The notes under the pieces were generated by a model that saw only the letters and a program-made list of their open reading frames with translations, had not been told where the DNA came from and searched no databases. A stretch of DNA of 63,104 nt, counting the filler, from Saprolegnia diclina VS20 (taxonomy: Eukaryota), in the NCBI RefSeq assembly GCF_000281045.1. It is 5 parts of 2 records of this genome, joined end to end, with 100 filler letters (N's around TTAATTAATTAA, not from the genome) between each part and the next. Parts side by side here need not be neighbours in the genome. Positions count along the whole stretch, not along the records: positions 13,477 to 33,693 come from NW_008246069.1; positions 33,794 to 51,802 come from NW_008246069.1; 3 more parts are not named here. One strand, written 5' to 3'. Within the stretch, counting starts at the first letter, position 1, and each line of letters starts with the position of its first letter. Shown piece after piece: positions 25,690 through 39,025 of the stretch. Both the position numbers and the translations under genes were made by a program.

Positions 25690-26203
25690 TTGTGTTCCTA
25701 TTCCATGGGAGGGAATGTAGTCAGCCTCGATATCAACGAGGAAGAAGCTATGGCATCCAACGGCTTCCAGAAGATGCTATTCCTGTCGCGCGACACGGCC
25801 ATGCACCGTGCCGACTTCTCATCCCTTCGGAGCTCCTCCCACTCCTCCTTCTCGACCGAACAAACGCGTCGTGCTTTGTCCGCCTACACATTTCCAGCAC
25901 ACACATGGTCTAGAACTGCCTTGGTTTACGTCTTCTTCCGCAAACAAACGGTCCTTCGTTCGATCGAGCAATGGACGGCTGGTCTCGGTGGACCCTCTTG
26001 GCCATGCAACGTCGCCTCACATCCTTTTGGAATTCTGAACCGTGTTCGAATCCTCGACAACGCGCAATTCTGGCTTTTGATTGGCGGCTCTAATTTTACA
26101 GCTGACCAATCACATACCTGGATTGCATTGAGTCAAATCTTGAACGCCTCTGCCATGTACGCCAGTTGTCAACTTGCCTGTCCGACGCATCTTCTTCCTG
26201 ACA

Positions 26204-27148
26204 ATGAGCCTCAAGCGCACGCTGCTGGCGCTGGCGCCGTACGGGGCGCCCTTGGGTCTCGCCATCATCCTCGGCGTTGGCCTCGGCCTCGGCTTTGCAC
26301 TCGACGCCAACGCCAACGTGCCCTCGCCGTACAACCGCATCTCGTCGGTCATTGGCTGGATGTACTTTGCGTCCTGGAGCCTGACGTTTTGGCCGCAGAT
26401 TTTCGTCAACTGGCGCCGGCAGAGCGTCGTGGGCATGGCCATCGACTTTCAGGTCTACAACGTCCCGGGCTTTGTGGGCTACGCGATCTACAATGCATGC
26501 TTTTATTGGAACACCAGTGTCCAAGACGACTACAAGGCGCTGCACGGCGGCCACCAAAACAACGTGCAGATCAACGACGTTTTCTTCGCGATTCACGCGC
26601 TCGCGGCGACGCTCATCACACTCTACCAGTGCGCAGTGTACGACCGCGGCACCCAAGGCGTCTCGACGACCTGCTGGGTGCTCACCTCCGTCTCGATCGG
26701 TGTCTGCGCTGTCTTTTACGCGCTCGTCGTCGTGTTTCCGCACTCGGAGTACTTTACGCTGCTCAACTTTCTCTACTTGCTCAGCTACATCAAGCTCGGC
26801 GTGACCTTGATCAAGTACACGCCCCAAGTGTACCTCAACTACACGCGCGAGTCGACGGACGGCTACTCGATCTGGGGCGTGCTCTACGATGTACTCGGCG
26901 GCCTACTCTCGATCGGACAGACGCTCATGGACAGCGCGACGACCGACGACTGGAGCGCGATCACGGGCAACCCGGTCAAGTTTGCGCTGGGGCTCGTGGT
27001 GGTATTTTACGACCTTGTCTTTATGACGCAGCACTATGTGCTCTATCCGTGCGGTGACGCGGTCGACGAGATGGTGTCGCTCATGAAGCGACATCGCAAA
27101 AGCTCGCTCTCGGCCGTCCAAGAGACGACCTTTTTGATCCATGTCTAG
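26204..27148 (+). CDS. CTNS: Cystinosin-like PQ-loop lysosomal transporter (paralogue 1), intronless
   Basis: IGWMYFASWSLTFWPQ, NWRRQSVVG, VQINDVFFAIHA, KYTPQVYLNY, GNPVKFALG, QHYVLY. C-terminal ETTFLI dileucine-like motif. Confidence 0.92.
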   Translation: MSLKRTLLALAPYGAPLGLAIILGVGLGLGFALDANANVPSPYNRISSVIGWMYFASWSLTFWPQIFVNWRRQSVVGMAIDFQVYNVPGFVGYAIYNACFYWNTSVQDDYKALHGGHQNNVQINDVFFAIHALAATLITLYQCAVYDRGTQGVSTTCWVLTSVSIGVCAVFYALVVVFPHSEYFTLLNFLYLLSYIKLGVTLIKYTPQVYLNYTRESTDGYSIWGVLYDVLGGLLSIGQTLMDSATTDDWSAITGNPVKFALGLVVVFYDLVFMTQHYVLYPCGDAVDEMVSLMKRHRKSSLSAVQETTFLIHV

Positions 27149-27724
27149 ACCATTTTGACCATATTATTATCTTATTATTTCCGCAACTACAATTTTTGAT
27201 TCCTGCTCACAACTAGTTTTGTAGTCAGTGGAGACAAAATTTGTCTACTCGATGGCGCTCGACGATCGTTGGCATGTTCGAGAGTCGTGCTTTGGTTTAT
27301 TGGGTCCGTTTGGTTGCTTGAGCGTGAACAGTCGTGTTGAGTTCAAGTTCAAGCCATGCACTAGGTGGACGTCGACGGGGTAGACAGCGAGAGTTGATGC
27401 GACTCGAGTTGGGAGCGGTTGAGAAGGTACTCGACATTTTGCGTTGCTGACGATAAAGTGGGAGATGCTGCTGCGATTTCAGCGTCAAGACCGTTCAATT
27501 CAAAGACAAAAGAGCTGCTGCTCAGTGCGCGTTGGCGTGACGTACTCCTCGACGCCGAGGAATCATGGGGGGAGAGGGGGGCAATGCAAGCTCGGTAGTG
27601 AATAGCACCATCTCAAAGGTCGGCGACTAGGAGTCCGAGTGTGCTCTTTGCGGCACGACGGCAAGCCAAAGAAAACGGCGGGCACGATATTTTTACTCGT
27701 GTTGGATGGAGCTCTGAGCGAGCG

Positions 27725-28638
27725 ATGCCAACCAAGCCCGAGAAGGCAGCCAAAGCGACTGCCAAGAAGGAGCCCCCCGTCAAAAAAGACGACAAGCTAC
27801 CGGTATCGCTGCCCAAGATTGGAGCTCCGAAAAGCTCGACCCCCAAAAGTATGGTCCAATGCTACATTATGAATACCATGGTGCGAGTCAGCGTGTAGGC
27901 TCGCCAAGCAAGACGTCGTCGACAAGTAGCAAAATGGAGAAGATGCCGAGTCTCGACAAGTCCGAGCTCACACCACGCATTGCGGAAGCCAACGCCGCCA
28001 CTCCGCCCCCCGACACCACTCCGCCCCCCGACACCACTCCGCCCCCCGACACCACTCCGCCCCCCACGGAACAAGAGACATTAGAAAAGTCGGTCGCTGA
28101 AATGGCCTCGGCAGAGAAGGACGCCGCAGAAAAGGAAGCCGCCGAGAAGGAAGCTGCGGAGCGCACCAAGAAGCGCAACGGCAATATCATTCTCAAGTAC
28201 GAAATGTACTGCGAAGAGTTTCCAATTATTGACGGCTCGACGACGATGGCAGCGATCGACGACGTGTACGCACTCACCTTTGTCATGCCCAACTGCCTCG
28301 TGCACCTCTCCACGTACGACCCGCCGACCAAAATCGAGATCGAGTCGCGGGATCCAACCGCCGTCTACGTGCGCGAAGACCCGATTGGGACGTACCAGGA
28401 CTTAGAGGCCGGTGCAACGTACTACGTGTACGTCGAGCAAGAAGCCGAGCAGCTGGCAAAAGACCAAGCTAAAATGCGCCAAGTCGCCGCGACCATGGAT
28501 GGTGCGGCGTGGACCGCCCCGTCGACGACTGAAACGTGCAGCTGCGTCAACGGCAACCCGTGCGTCGACGAGTACAACTGCAAAGATTGGCACAACCGGT
28601 TTGCTGTCGCAACGACGCACGGCTGGAAAGGGTTTTAG
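27725..28638 (+). CDS. Hypothetical protein with DTTPPP repeats, EKEAA repeats and a C-terminal Cys motif; one intron
   Basis: Exon 1 MPTKPEK...PKSM, short intron, then an ORF ending CSCVNGNPCVDEYNCKDWHNRFAVATTHGWKGF. Confidence 0.7.
27998..28066 (+). repeat. 18-bp coding tandem repeat (about 4 copies)
   Basis: ccactccgccccccgaca units encoding TPPPDT. Confidence 0.9.
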
Positions 28639-28916
28639 ATCCGGTTTGCAAAAAGTACTATAATACGATGCGACCGTCTAATCTTTTGTGCGATATGCTA
28701 TTCTCCTCAACGCCAACGTCCTTGCATGTTGCCGCTACCAACCGGCATGTTCAAGAAGCAAACAAATCGTTCATGACGTTGCATCTCGATGAAAATACAA
28801 ACTACATCCAAGCATCGGCCGTCTACTGCGGCACAGCGTTCAAGCTGCCCCCAGGACTCGCGTGGAAACAGCGTACCGTTGACACCGTTGAGCAGGCTCG
28901 AAACCGCAATTCAAGA

Positions 28917-29493
28917 ATGGACCCGATGACGACAAATGGCGCCCTCGACGGTATCCGCTGCGATCACCGCCTCGTCCTTGACGCGGAGCCTACGTAGCAT
29001 TCGCAACCGGTCCACAGACCCAAGCCGCCTTTGACGCGAGCCCGCAGCTTGGCGCTGTTGTCGACCAAATGCGGTCGACGGGTCAACTGCGTCACGACTG
29101 GGCGCTCGTGCGCACGCTGCTTGTCTACAAGCTGCGATCGGCGCTCGCGCAGTACAGTACATTTTCGATTCCAAAGGAGGTCGAGGATCAGAAAGCCCTT
29201 GTCTTGACCAAGATGGAGACCCAAGAGCGGTACCTCACCATCCCCCAAAACACCCCAAAACCGACCGAGCAACCGAGGACGTAGGGCGCCCTTCACGCTG
29301 CAGCGGCTCACGGAAGTGCTCCTAGCACCTCTGACGTACTATAAACAACTCCACAAGTTCCTCAACGCTGTCGAAAAGGTAGCACCGTGCGTCGCACTCT
29401 CGGGGCTCAAATCAATCTCGTGTGTAGCTCCTCTTTGTGAGCTCGACCGTCGATCAGCTCACAGCAGACCCGCCGTCCGACTTCAAGGCCTGA
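28917..29493 (+). CDS. PPP4R2: Protein phosphatase 4 regulatory subunit 2-like; multi-exon
   Basis: Spliced product has STGQLRHDWALVR and the hallmark APFTLQRLTEVLLAP..YY...KFLNAVEK..VSS. Confidence 0.8.
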
Positions 29494-29789
29494 GACGCAT
29501 TCGTCACGCTTGAAGAAGTAGACACAGTAGATACCTACCCCCAATGAACCGCTACATGAGAGGTCGTCGGTTGCATGAGTTTGTCGTGCAATTTTACGAT
29601 CTGGCAGCCAACTCTACCCCCATATTCGCTGGAAACAAAGGCCCCACTCTACGAGCAACCCTCGGACGCGATCTGCGGCGTCAGATGATTGTGCATCAAG
29701 CTTTCGACGCACAGATCGTCGTCGATCTCGAGACTACAAGCAAGAACCCAGGACGATCTTGTCTATGCAAGCGCAAAGCCTTACGAACC

Positions 29790-32368
29790 TTACTTGTGCA
29801 GCTGGTACTGGCCTCCGACATACTCGAGCCGGCCGCGGGCGACGAGCGCCCGCAGAATCGCTGCAAGTTCGCCCGTTGTCTTGTCATCTACCATCTCAAA
29901 GTGAAGAAGGGTCGATCATAAGACGCAACGTACAGGGCGTCGGGCCACTCCGGGCAAATGTTGTGAGCATCGTATGGATACGCGGGAGCGGCAACGACTC
30001 AAAGTTGGAGAGCATGCCAATGATGTACGATTGCAGGACCTACATGAGCGACAGAATTACGCGTGTCACTCGACACGCCACGTACCTCGATCTCTTGCTC
30101 GAGCTGCAAGTCGGACGAGACCGCCGACTCGATCGGGTCCTCGTCGACGGCCGGTGCCGACGTTGCACGCGGCGTAAAGGTTGTACTCTGGAGCGTCAGC
30201 ACAGCACCGACCAGTGTCAACACACTGTGATGCACCCAGAAGCGCGCATGTCGACGCAGCGCCGCTTCGTCCAACTCCATCGCATCGGCCAGGTCCGACA
30301 TGGTCCATGACTCTATCCCAAACCCTTGTCAAGTCGGGTGGGACTAGAAGATGCCATCTACCTTGCGTCTCAAAATGCAGGAGAATGGAAGCTTGGATGG
30401 ACGAGCACGTGAAGGGGGCGTGATGTCCGTTGAGCTCTAGCTCCAACTAACAAATATCCTAATGTCAATGGATGGAAACAAAGACGTCGTACGTCGACCG
30501 AGCCAAGCGATGGCATCCATTCGAGCGTACGAGGGTTCTTGAGGACGTGGTAGCTAGCTCTGTACGCCTCGATCGCGTCCGACAGTTGCTTGTGGAGAAC
30601 AACGTCCTCTGCCTAGGTGGAGAGATGAAGAGCGATGACAACATGACAATATTGCGTTTGGACCTGGAACGGCGGCCAAAAGTGCTGCGACACGATCGTA
30701 GCGTCCACGATCGACGCTACGTTGGCCTGGACGCGCTTGCTCTCTTCCACGTCCTTGACCATGATATCGCACGGCTGCAAGCTCTCGTCGCCAAAGCGCA
30801 ACTTGAGGAGCTCCAGCGTGCGCAGCTAGCGACAAGGTTCTCCCCCAATCGGCAATAGACAAAGTGTACATCGCGGTCTGTGTTGTAGTCGCGGTTCACG
30901 AGCAGTCGGTCTGCGAGCATGAGACGGTATTCGTTCACAAACAGTTCTTTCGAGCCGTAAATATTGACCTAGACCACTTGTCAAACCCAACCATTTCGAT
31001 CCCAGCGCCCACCAGAATGCTGAGAATGTCGTCGTGGGCGCGGGACCGCGCGGTTTTCTTTGGGTCGGCTTCGATCGGGTCGGGCTGCCACGTCTCAGGA
31101 TCCCCTTCCTACTCAAACGCGCAGGCTATGAGCAACATACCAAGGCCATCCGAACCGACTTCGTCGTCGTCGCTCTCGGCGGTCGTATCGACCAAGCCGT
31201 CGCGCCGCAGCTCCTCAAAGAGATCGCCATGTTCATCGTCGGTCAAGCTGGCGACGATGCACCGAATCGTATCCTTGCGCTTCTGAAGGTACTAGTACAC
31301 AGAATCGCTCGCATCCAGTGTTTTTTCCAGTGGATACCTCGTCAATCAGGCCGCTCACGCCTTCAAGAAGAACACCCCGCTGATCCAAGATGCGGAACGT
31401 CTAGATACAGCGAGTCGTCGGCGTCATTCATCGAGAGGCAAGGACGACCTTGATCATACGCGTGTACAGGACGATAATGGCGCTCGTGGCTACACCGGGC
31501 TGGAGCAAGCGGCTGGTGATGGCTCGGCGAAATACGGCAAGGAGGTCGCGCTGCTGCTGCGTGATCGCGATCGCATTGGTGAGGTCGGCGATCGCCGGTA
31601 GACTCTCTGGGAAGGCTCTGACCATGCTAAAGAGCTCGTTTATGCGAAGGCGGCCAAAGGCCGTGTAGGTATGGAGGCGCAGTACGTCCCGCGGCGACGT
31701 GCTGCGACCGACGAGAAGCGTCTCGGCGTACGGCAAGAGCGTCGTCTCGACCCATATCAGCATCGTCTCGAGCAGCGGGACTTCGTACTCGGCCCGACAC
31801 GTCGATTCGACGCGCGTGTCGATCTACGAGACCAGCGTTACTCTGGAGCGCGACGAGGACGAATACTTGGTGCAAGAAGACGTGCAGGAGCGACGGCTGC
31901 GTGAGCTGGAGCCACTCGAGGTACTGCAGCTGGTCGCGCAGGAGGGCCATCGTCATGCCATGCGCAGCGTCGCGTGATGCAATGAGCGCTGTGCCCAGCG
32001 CTTCCAACGCCCGCATAAAGACCTACGTGACGAGGATCGCGGCGGCAGACGGAGCATGCACCTCGTACCGTGGCTTGCTCGGCGTCGTGGAAGAGGATCG
32101 CGCGAAGGTGGGCTTTGAGGAGCGAGATGATCGGGCGCGCGTGGATCGTCGTCGCCTGGAGGAACGCTGCGACCTCTTCGAGGTTCTGGATCGTCTGGAC
32201 CGCGTAGGCCAGCGCCGGCGGGACGGCGTCGGCGTCGCCCGCAGCGACGAGCGCCCAGAACTGGCCGGCCGAGTGGTCTCGGAAGATCTGCGTTTGGCAC
32301 TCGACCAACATGCGCTGGCTCTGGAACGGGTAGGCCGCGAGGCCAGCGAGGGATGCAAGCGAGGCCAT
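29790..32368 (-). CDS. ANAPC2: Anaphase-promoting complex subunit 2 (cullin domain); multi-exon
   Basis: RLLQPGVATSAIIVLY, DTIRCIVASL, DDILSILV/NIYGSKELFVNEYRLMLADRLL, ELLKLRFGDESLQPCDIMVKDVEESKRV, IVSQHFWP, C-terminal winged-helix-like end. Confidence 0.92.
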
Positions 32369-32950
32369 TCCGGATCCAAAACCAGTGGGTTTTAATACGC
32401 ACCTAGCACGTTTTTGGATAAACGTCACGGTTTTATTCGGTCTTTTGATTTACGCATCGGCGTTATTGCGTTTTTCCATTAAAACCTGCGGTAAACGTAA
32501 AACGTCCACACGTACCAGGTGCAAGTTGTTGCGCCAGAGCGACTGGGCGGCAATGGACCCGGACGGTGCAACTCTGTTTTCAATTCTGTGCTTCAACGTG
32601 TATACGCGTTTGCGTGCGAATGGCTATCGAGGTTTGTCGCCCTGTCTCCTGTTGCCAGGTTCCAGGTTCCGGACCGCCCGGGTCGCCTTGGCGCAGGTTA
32701 GAGACCGCTATACTCGGTCGACTGGCTCTGTGATCCTCTTGCAGCACCCGTCGCTCGTCCTGTGGTATGTCCTAGTAGCCCAGTATACCCGTACATTTGA
32801 GTCCATCCATCCATGTCACATCTCGTGTGCCGATGACGTGGCACGATGCGCGGGCGGGAATCGCGTGGTCAGAAAGGACGTAACCGTCGTAGCGTCTAGA
32901 ATCACCGCACTCGACGTGCGTGAAACCGCAGCGACCATAGCGAGGCGGCG

Positions 32951-33693
32951 ATGGCCAGTCCGTGGATCTGGCGGAGTGACGCCGCCGATGCAGACGTAAG
33001 CGATTGGCTCGACGCGGTTGTCGACGAGCTGCGCCCGCACCAGCGCGACGAGCTGCAGCGCATCATGACGCACCAACCAGCCTCGACGCGCCTCAAAGTA
33101 TGGGCTTTGGTTGGCTCTAAAGTCGACGCGAGTGGGTACCTCCACGATGTTTTGCGCGTGCACCACTACCTAGCGCTGCACATGTCGTCGTCGTCCACCG
33201 AGTACGCGACGCTGCTCGCGCTCTACGCCAGCTTTGGCGACGACGACGACCGCCGCAGCATGGAGTCTCTCTTGACCGAAACGCTGCACTTGAGCTTGAT
33301 GGGGCGGGTTCTATCGCGCCACTCGCTGGCTAAGCAGCGCGTTTTGCTCACCTTTATGCACGACGCGTTCGCGTGGCGTCCGTTTCTCGACTGGCTCGGC
33401 GCCGACCCCCGAGTCGAGCACGCAGTGCGCACGTACCTCGTGTCGTTGCCGGACGACGATCTCTTCTCGCTCTGGCTGCGGATCCTCGTGCATCTCGCAC
33501 CCAGCGATCGGCTGCCGTGGGTCGAGCTCACGTATGCCTTTGTCGACGGCGAGACTGTGCTAAGCATAGCGCATGTGTTCCAAGGCCACTGCGCGCTGCC
33601 GTCGCTCCTCGTCAATCGGCTCGTGGCACTGACGCCGCTTGCGCTCGATGCCTTTCTTACGCTGCTTGTCGTAGTTTCGGTCGAGGCGGCGGG
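32951..33693 (+). CDS. Hypothetical helical protein, 3'-truncated by the contig end
   Basis: Open ORF from the ATG to the linker with coding-like composition. No family recognised. Confidence 0.65.
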
Positions 33694-33793
33694 NNNNNNN
33701 NNNNNNNNNNNNNNNNNNNNNNNNNNNNNNNNNNNNNTTAATTAATTAANNNNNNNNNNNNNNNNNNNNNNNNNNNNNNNNNNNNNNNNNNNN
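33694..33793. other. Artificial contig linker
   Basis: N44-TTAATTAATTAA-N44. Confidence 0.98.
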
Positions 33794-34322
33794 CACACCA
33801 CGGGTGTTACCGTGCTCGCATCGACAGCCTGTGGAGCTTTGGCGAGACGGGTCATGCAACCAAGGTTATCAAGGTGGTAGACACGAAATGCGATTTGAAA
33901 ATGTGTCCATTGACAAGGGTTAACATTGAAGATAACTAACGTTAGGGATGATGTTGAGGCCTCAGAAACATGTTTTTACACATCGCGGATGCTTCATGCA
34001 GTAATTGGACAAATGGTTGGATCATCATCGGCCGCCAACTAACTACGCCTACACACTTGTAACTAACGCTGGAACTAGACTTTGGAGACTGCGCCACGAC
34101 ACGGCAAATTGGGTTCTGACTAATGGGCAAGTGCAACCGCGCGCACCAGTGGTTGGCGACGCCGGATACGCGTTTTTAAGGGTACCCTTCCATGTATAAC
34201 ACGTAGGTCCCCTCATGCAATTGACCATCAAAATCGCGTTGTATCCGGTCGACCCCGAGTAGGGGGGCTATGTAAAACAATAGCCAATCCAACGCCGCCT
34301 TTCTCGCGCCTCTTCAAGATAC

Positions 34323-37300
34323 ATGGACGACGACGACGGGAAGCGGTCGCTCTTCAGTGGTATGCGCGTGCGGAGTATGACGCCGACGAAGGCCCCGCGG
34401 TCACCCGCACGGAACTTTCGAGACATGTGGACTGGCGCCCGCAGCGGCGAGGCCAAGCCGCCCAAGGCCAAGCGCCAGTGGTTCTTCGACTCGGAGGCGG
34501 CCAAAGAGCCGCTTGAAGCCTCCATTGTGACCGAGACCGGCGACGACGACGACGAGAACGACGGGTTACGGGGGCATAGCGCGCAAGCCTTTCAACTCGT
34601 CGAGTCGTGGTGCAAGGCCAATGACGTGGCATTTCCAATCGCTGAGAAGAGCAGTCGCCGCGAGATGCAGATGGCGCTGGATCTCATGCTCGCGTCGATC
34701 GACGAGCAAGACAACCAGCTCTCAAGCGAGATCCTCGAGCTCGACGCCAAAGTCCAAACCGTCCGACGACCGAGCGCCCGACACGGGCTTCCGTCGCCGT
34801 TCCAGGTAGTCTCTTCGTGTTGACCTCAGATAATCGTAAATTTCGATAGATTCGACTGCCCGAGACTGACACGAGCTCGGTCAGCCACGGAGGCTGTCCG
34901 ATCTTGGACACGCTCGTCATCGTTGGTCCCGACGTTACCGACATTGCCATTTGCCCGTCGCTGCTCGAGACGGTCTTTGAGCCGGTCGTGTGCGCCACGT
35001 ACCCCCGCCCCGCGCAGTTCGAAAGTCTCCAGCACTTTTGCTTTCCTAACGGCATCCGCGTGCTCTCGGACGCGGACGACGAGAGGTACATTATTGTCAT
35101 TGGATGTCATATCCCGTCAATATGTGCACCTAGTTTAGCGCCATCCTTTTTTCTATTTGTCTTGTCTGGTGGCGGCGACGTCGGCCAGGACATGCACTAT
35201 GCGAGCTGCCTCGTGCGCTGGCTTCCGCTGCCCAAGGACGTGGCCTTGCAGCCCCACGCATTGAGCGTCCACGTGCCGATCGCATACTGCGTCGTGTCCA
35301 AGCTCCCATGCTGGAGCTTCTACAAGCCGCTCCTGCAGCACCTTCATGGTACCAGTCCCTCCATAGCAATTTCATTCGAATATATATGAGCGCAGACTTG
35401 CACGACGCCGAGCTGGTCGACGCCCCCCATTTGTGGCATGACCTTAGCACCGTTGTACCACCCAAGGTGCGCTAGTTTCAACTTGATCTCGTGACGACGG
35501 TCGGACACCGCAACATTGTCTAGCTCGAACACCTCTTGTCCAGCAAGCTCGGTCAGTTCACGGAGCTTCTGGTGCCACCACCCGGCCATGTCCTCGACGT
35601 TCCGCTCTTCGAGTCGAATGCGCGCTTGCATCTCAAGCGCCCCGCGCACCGCCGGAGCCTCGCGCATTTTGGCCACAAGGAGGAATGCACGGGGCTGCTC
35701 TTGCAGTGGGCGCTGCCGATCGTGCTGGACTGCGTCTCGATCGATACGTTTCTCATTGCGTGGACGAGTCTTATGCTTGAAGCCAAAGTTGTCGTGGTCT
35801 GCGACGACCTCGAGGTATTGACGTCGACGGTCCTCGGCCTTGTCTCGCTCCTCTCCCCCCTCACGTGGGCGGGCCCTGTCATTGCCGTGCTCCCCACGAC
35901 GCTGCTCGAGTACCTCGAGGTGGCCAATTTTTCTATCAATGTATCAGGCTACAAATGCGATTTGGGTGTAGGCCCCCGTGCCCTTTCTCATCGGCGTTCA
36001 AGAACTCCCGACCCGATTCCACGATATTCCTGGCCTTGTGCGCGTGTACCCACTCGACGACTGTGTGCTCTGGGACGAGCCCGAGACGCTGCCGCAGCAC
36101 GACATGCTCGCCGACGAGCTCGGCGCGGTCGTGGGTGTTCACGAGCCATGGACCGCGAGTGCCGTCGATAGTTTTGCCCACCAGATCTACGCCGTCGTCC
36201 AGTCGCTCCTAGAGCCGCTCGAACCAACGTCACCACACGCCATTGCGACCCAGATCCAGTCGACACAAATGTACCAGATATTGCTCGAGAAGCGCAGTGC
36301 GCATCGCCACTTGCCAGTGCTCCTGGACCCAGTGTCGGAGCCGAACAACAACTACAACCACAGCAATCACACCACCAACAACCACACCAGCATCGACAAT
36401 CAAGATGAAGTGCATTGGAGCGCGTCCCTCGATGCGTGTACGGCCGGTATCATGCATTTGGCGCTTCACGGGGCGTATGCACCACCGAGTATCGAACCCG
36501 GACCCTCCATGTCGGCACTGGACCGCCTGCGCGGGCTCTGCGCGCGGGAGGAGCCCAAGCATGTGACCGTCGTCATCAAGAATGTTGTGGCGCTTCCATC
36601 GCCCAAGCCAAAACCCGTCTCCGTATCGCATTCTATCAACATCAGCAGCAATAGCAGTAGCAGTAGCCACAAGGCACCGATAACGCAGGCGCCCAAGACG
36701 CATCGCTCGGCGTCGCCTATCAAAGAGCACTTCAAGCCACGCGACATAGCGCCCAAACCAGGTACGCTGTCCTCATTGCTGGTGCAAAGTGCAAATGAGC
36801 GTAGACGACCCTGCACCGATGAAGCGTCGACCATCGAAGTCAAGCCCGTTCGTCGCTTCAGAAGTGGCCCTCGAGCTAGAATCCACTCGCGTTGCCGATG
36901 AAGCGTCCTTGCAGCGCGTACCGAGTGTGCGCGAGACCGAGATCGAGGCGCTCGAGCCGCCTCGGCTCTCGCGAGACGAGTCGATTCAGCACATTCAGCG
37001 CTGGTGGCGTCGACGCAAACCGTCGGTGCCCACCCCCGTCGCACCCAGCGTGCCAAGGTGCACGCCTGCGCCGGTGAAGCCATCGCTCTCCCGCCGCTTC
37101 TCTGCGCCCCTCGTCTCCACCGGGCACACGCCCTTGTTTTGCACGCCATTCAACACGCAAAGTGCCATCGCGCTCCTCCTCGAAGGCGTCGCCGTGCTCA
37201 AGGTAGCCAATACCCTAACCCCATGCAGCTAACGACCTCAAATCTAGTTGAGTCGGCGCCGCCACCACTGGAACAAACGCTGGCTCTTCTGCGACTTCAG

Positions 37301-38195
37301 CGGTGAACACTTGTTCTGGGAAAAGACCGAGTCCCGGAGCAAGACGACGACAAAAGCTCCGATGCGCGTGAATGACATACTCGAGGTTGCGGTCGGTGCC
37401 GATCGCAAGCCCTCGACGTACCTTCGAACGGTCAACACGCTCTTTGCGACGACGAGCGTGGAGACAGAACTGCTCGTGTCCCCCACGGGCGAGCGACTGC
37501 CGCCCGACGACCTCTGCATCACGCTGCACACAACGCTGGACGACAGTGCGCTCGTGTTCAAATTCGAGTCGAAAGAGGTGTACGATCGCGTGTTGGTCGG
37601 CCTCCAGGCCCTCTACAAGCAGCAACACAGTGCACCGCCACGCGACCACGATATTACGACAAGCAGCGATCGGTTCTCGACGCGGTCGTCAGAGCCGATC
37701 GACGACGAGCGTGCGACACTCGAGCGCTTTCTTCTCGACCTGAAACGCGGGTTCTGCATCAAAAAGGTAGTTGCCACCGTGATACGAGTCGTCAACAATG
37801 TGATTTTTCGGATGTAGCACGGACGCCAAGGCGCACCGCACACTCGTATGCTGCGCTGCGACGCCGAGGTCAAGATCGTGTCGTGCATCGAGATGGAGGG
37901 TTCGTCGCCAATGAAACCGCACCCCTGGCGCAGCCGCAAAGACAAGACGAAGAAGACGATTCTTCCTATCGACACCATCTCGGATGTTCATCTAAAGGAC
38001 GGACATAGCCCGCTGCGAAACCTCTTGTACGGCCGCGTCGAGTGCATCGCGATCGTGAGCTCGGTCAAGACTCTCGTCGTTAGCACTGAGAGTAGCGCCG
38101 ACCTCGCACGGCTCCTCGACGGCTTCCAGCTCCTCATCAAATACTACGGCACGCACACTGTCGGTACCAACACCGGGACCAAAGCCAGCGTCTAA
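34323..38195 (+). CDS. DENN-domain protein (Rab GEF-like) with an IQ-like motif and two C-terminal PH-like domains; multi-exon
   Basis: uDENN LQHFCFPNG and FVLSG, AYCVVSKLP, cDENN LMLEAKVVVV...LLSPLTW...IAVLP..LLEYLEAPVPFLIGV, IQHIQRWWRRR, PH-like LKRGFCIKKHGRQGAPHTR. Confidence 0.88.
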
Positions 38196-38334
38196 GATAG
38201 TGCAGAATCAAGCGGTGAGGGTTTTGATGCTCCAAACCTGCCCAAAAATGCAGTTTCATCCATTTCCTCCACAGCAAGCGCTCACATACTACCTAACGCG
38301 ATGGGCGTCCCAGCGAGCGTCGACGACTCGGTCC

Positions 38335-38866
38335 ATGTCCTTCATCGCTACTTGGCACATGGCTGGGCCATGGCTGGTTGGACGAAGCGTGCGCGGCCAA
38401 CTATATGGCGCTCGCTCGCTTTCTTCTCGACACCCGAGCACGCGTTTCGATAGCTCGGCGCTCATAAGAGCCATCGTGAACAAAGGGTAGGACATCGTGG
38501 CCCACAGCGCAATGCAAGTCTCGCATGATGCCGTCAAGTTTGCACTGCAAGTCGGCAACCTCGACCTCGTACAGTATCTCCTTGGGCGCCACCCAGAGCT
38601 CCGCGACGACGTTGAGTTATCATCTGACCGACGCGACCCGATTCCTCCTTGCGGCTGGCATTGACACGCCGCGCGAATGCCTTGTCTGCATTGCGGGGTT
38701 TCGAGAGCTTGTGTTTGAGAGGAAGCTCTTGCTGCCATACTACATCGATGCGACGTACGTCCTTGACCATGTCATGTTTCTTCTCGACCTCTTCGCGCTG
38801 CCCAACCGCCGCCTCGCGACGGCTCGCCAGCTGATCACACCCAAGCTCCTGAACCAAGGAAGATAG
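38335..38866 (+). pseudogene. Degenerate ankyrin-like gene remnant
   Basis: LIRAIVNKG*DIV...AVKFALQVGNLDLVQYLL, then a frame change into DATRFLLAAGID. In-frame TAG at 38488-38490. Confidence 0.35.
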
Positions 38867-39025
38867 GCCCGCCACTTGATCTGCATCTCGCCACACCTCG
38901 CTGCCCGGGCGGCGGCCGTTTTTGGTTTTTGGTTTTTGGGTTTCTGGGGTTTTGGCGCCAATTTGGAGGCACACACTATTTCGGTGTAACCGGCATCCGG
39001 ATATCGGAACGACATTGCCCTTTCC

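Noticed and set aside
25700..26010. Coding-like minus-strand fragments (DRLFAEEDVNQ / EKEEWEELRRDEK)
   Set aside because: No coherent start or splice model and no homology that I can support.
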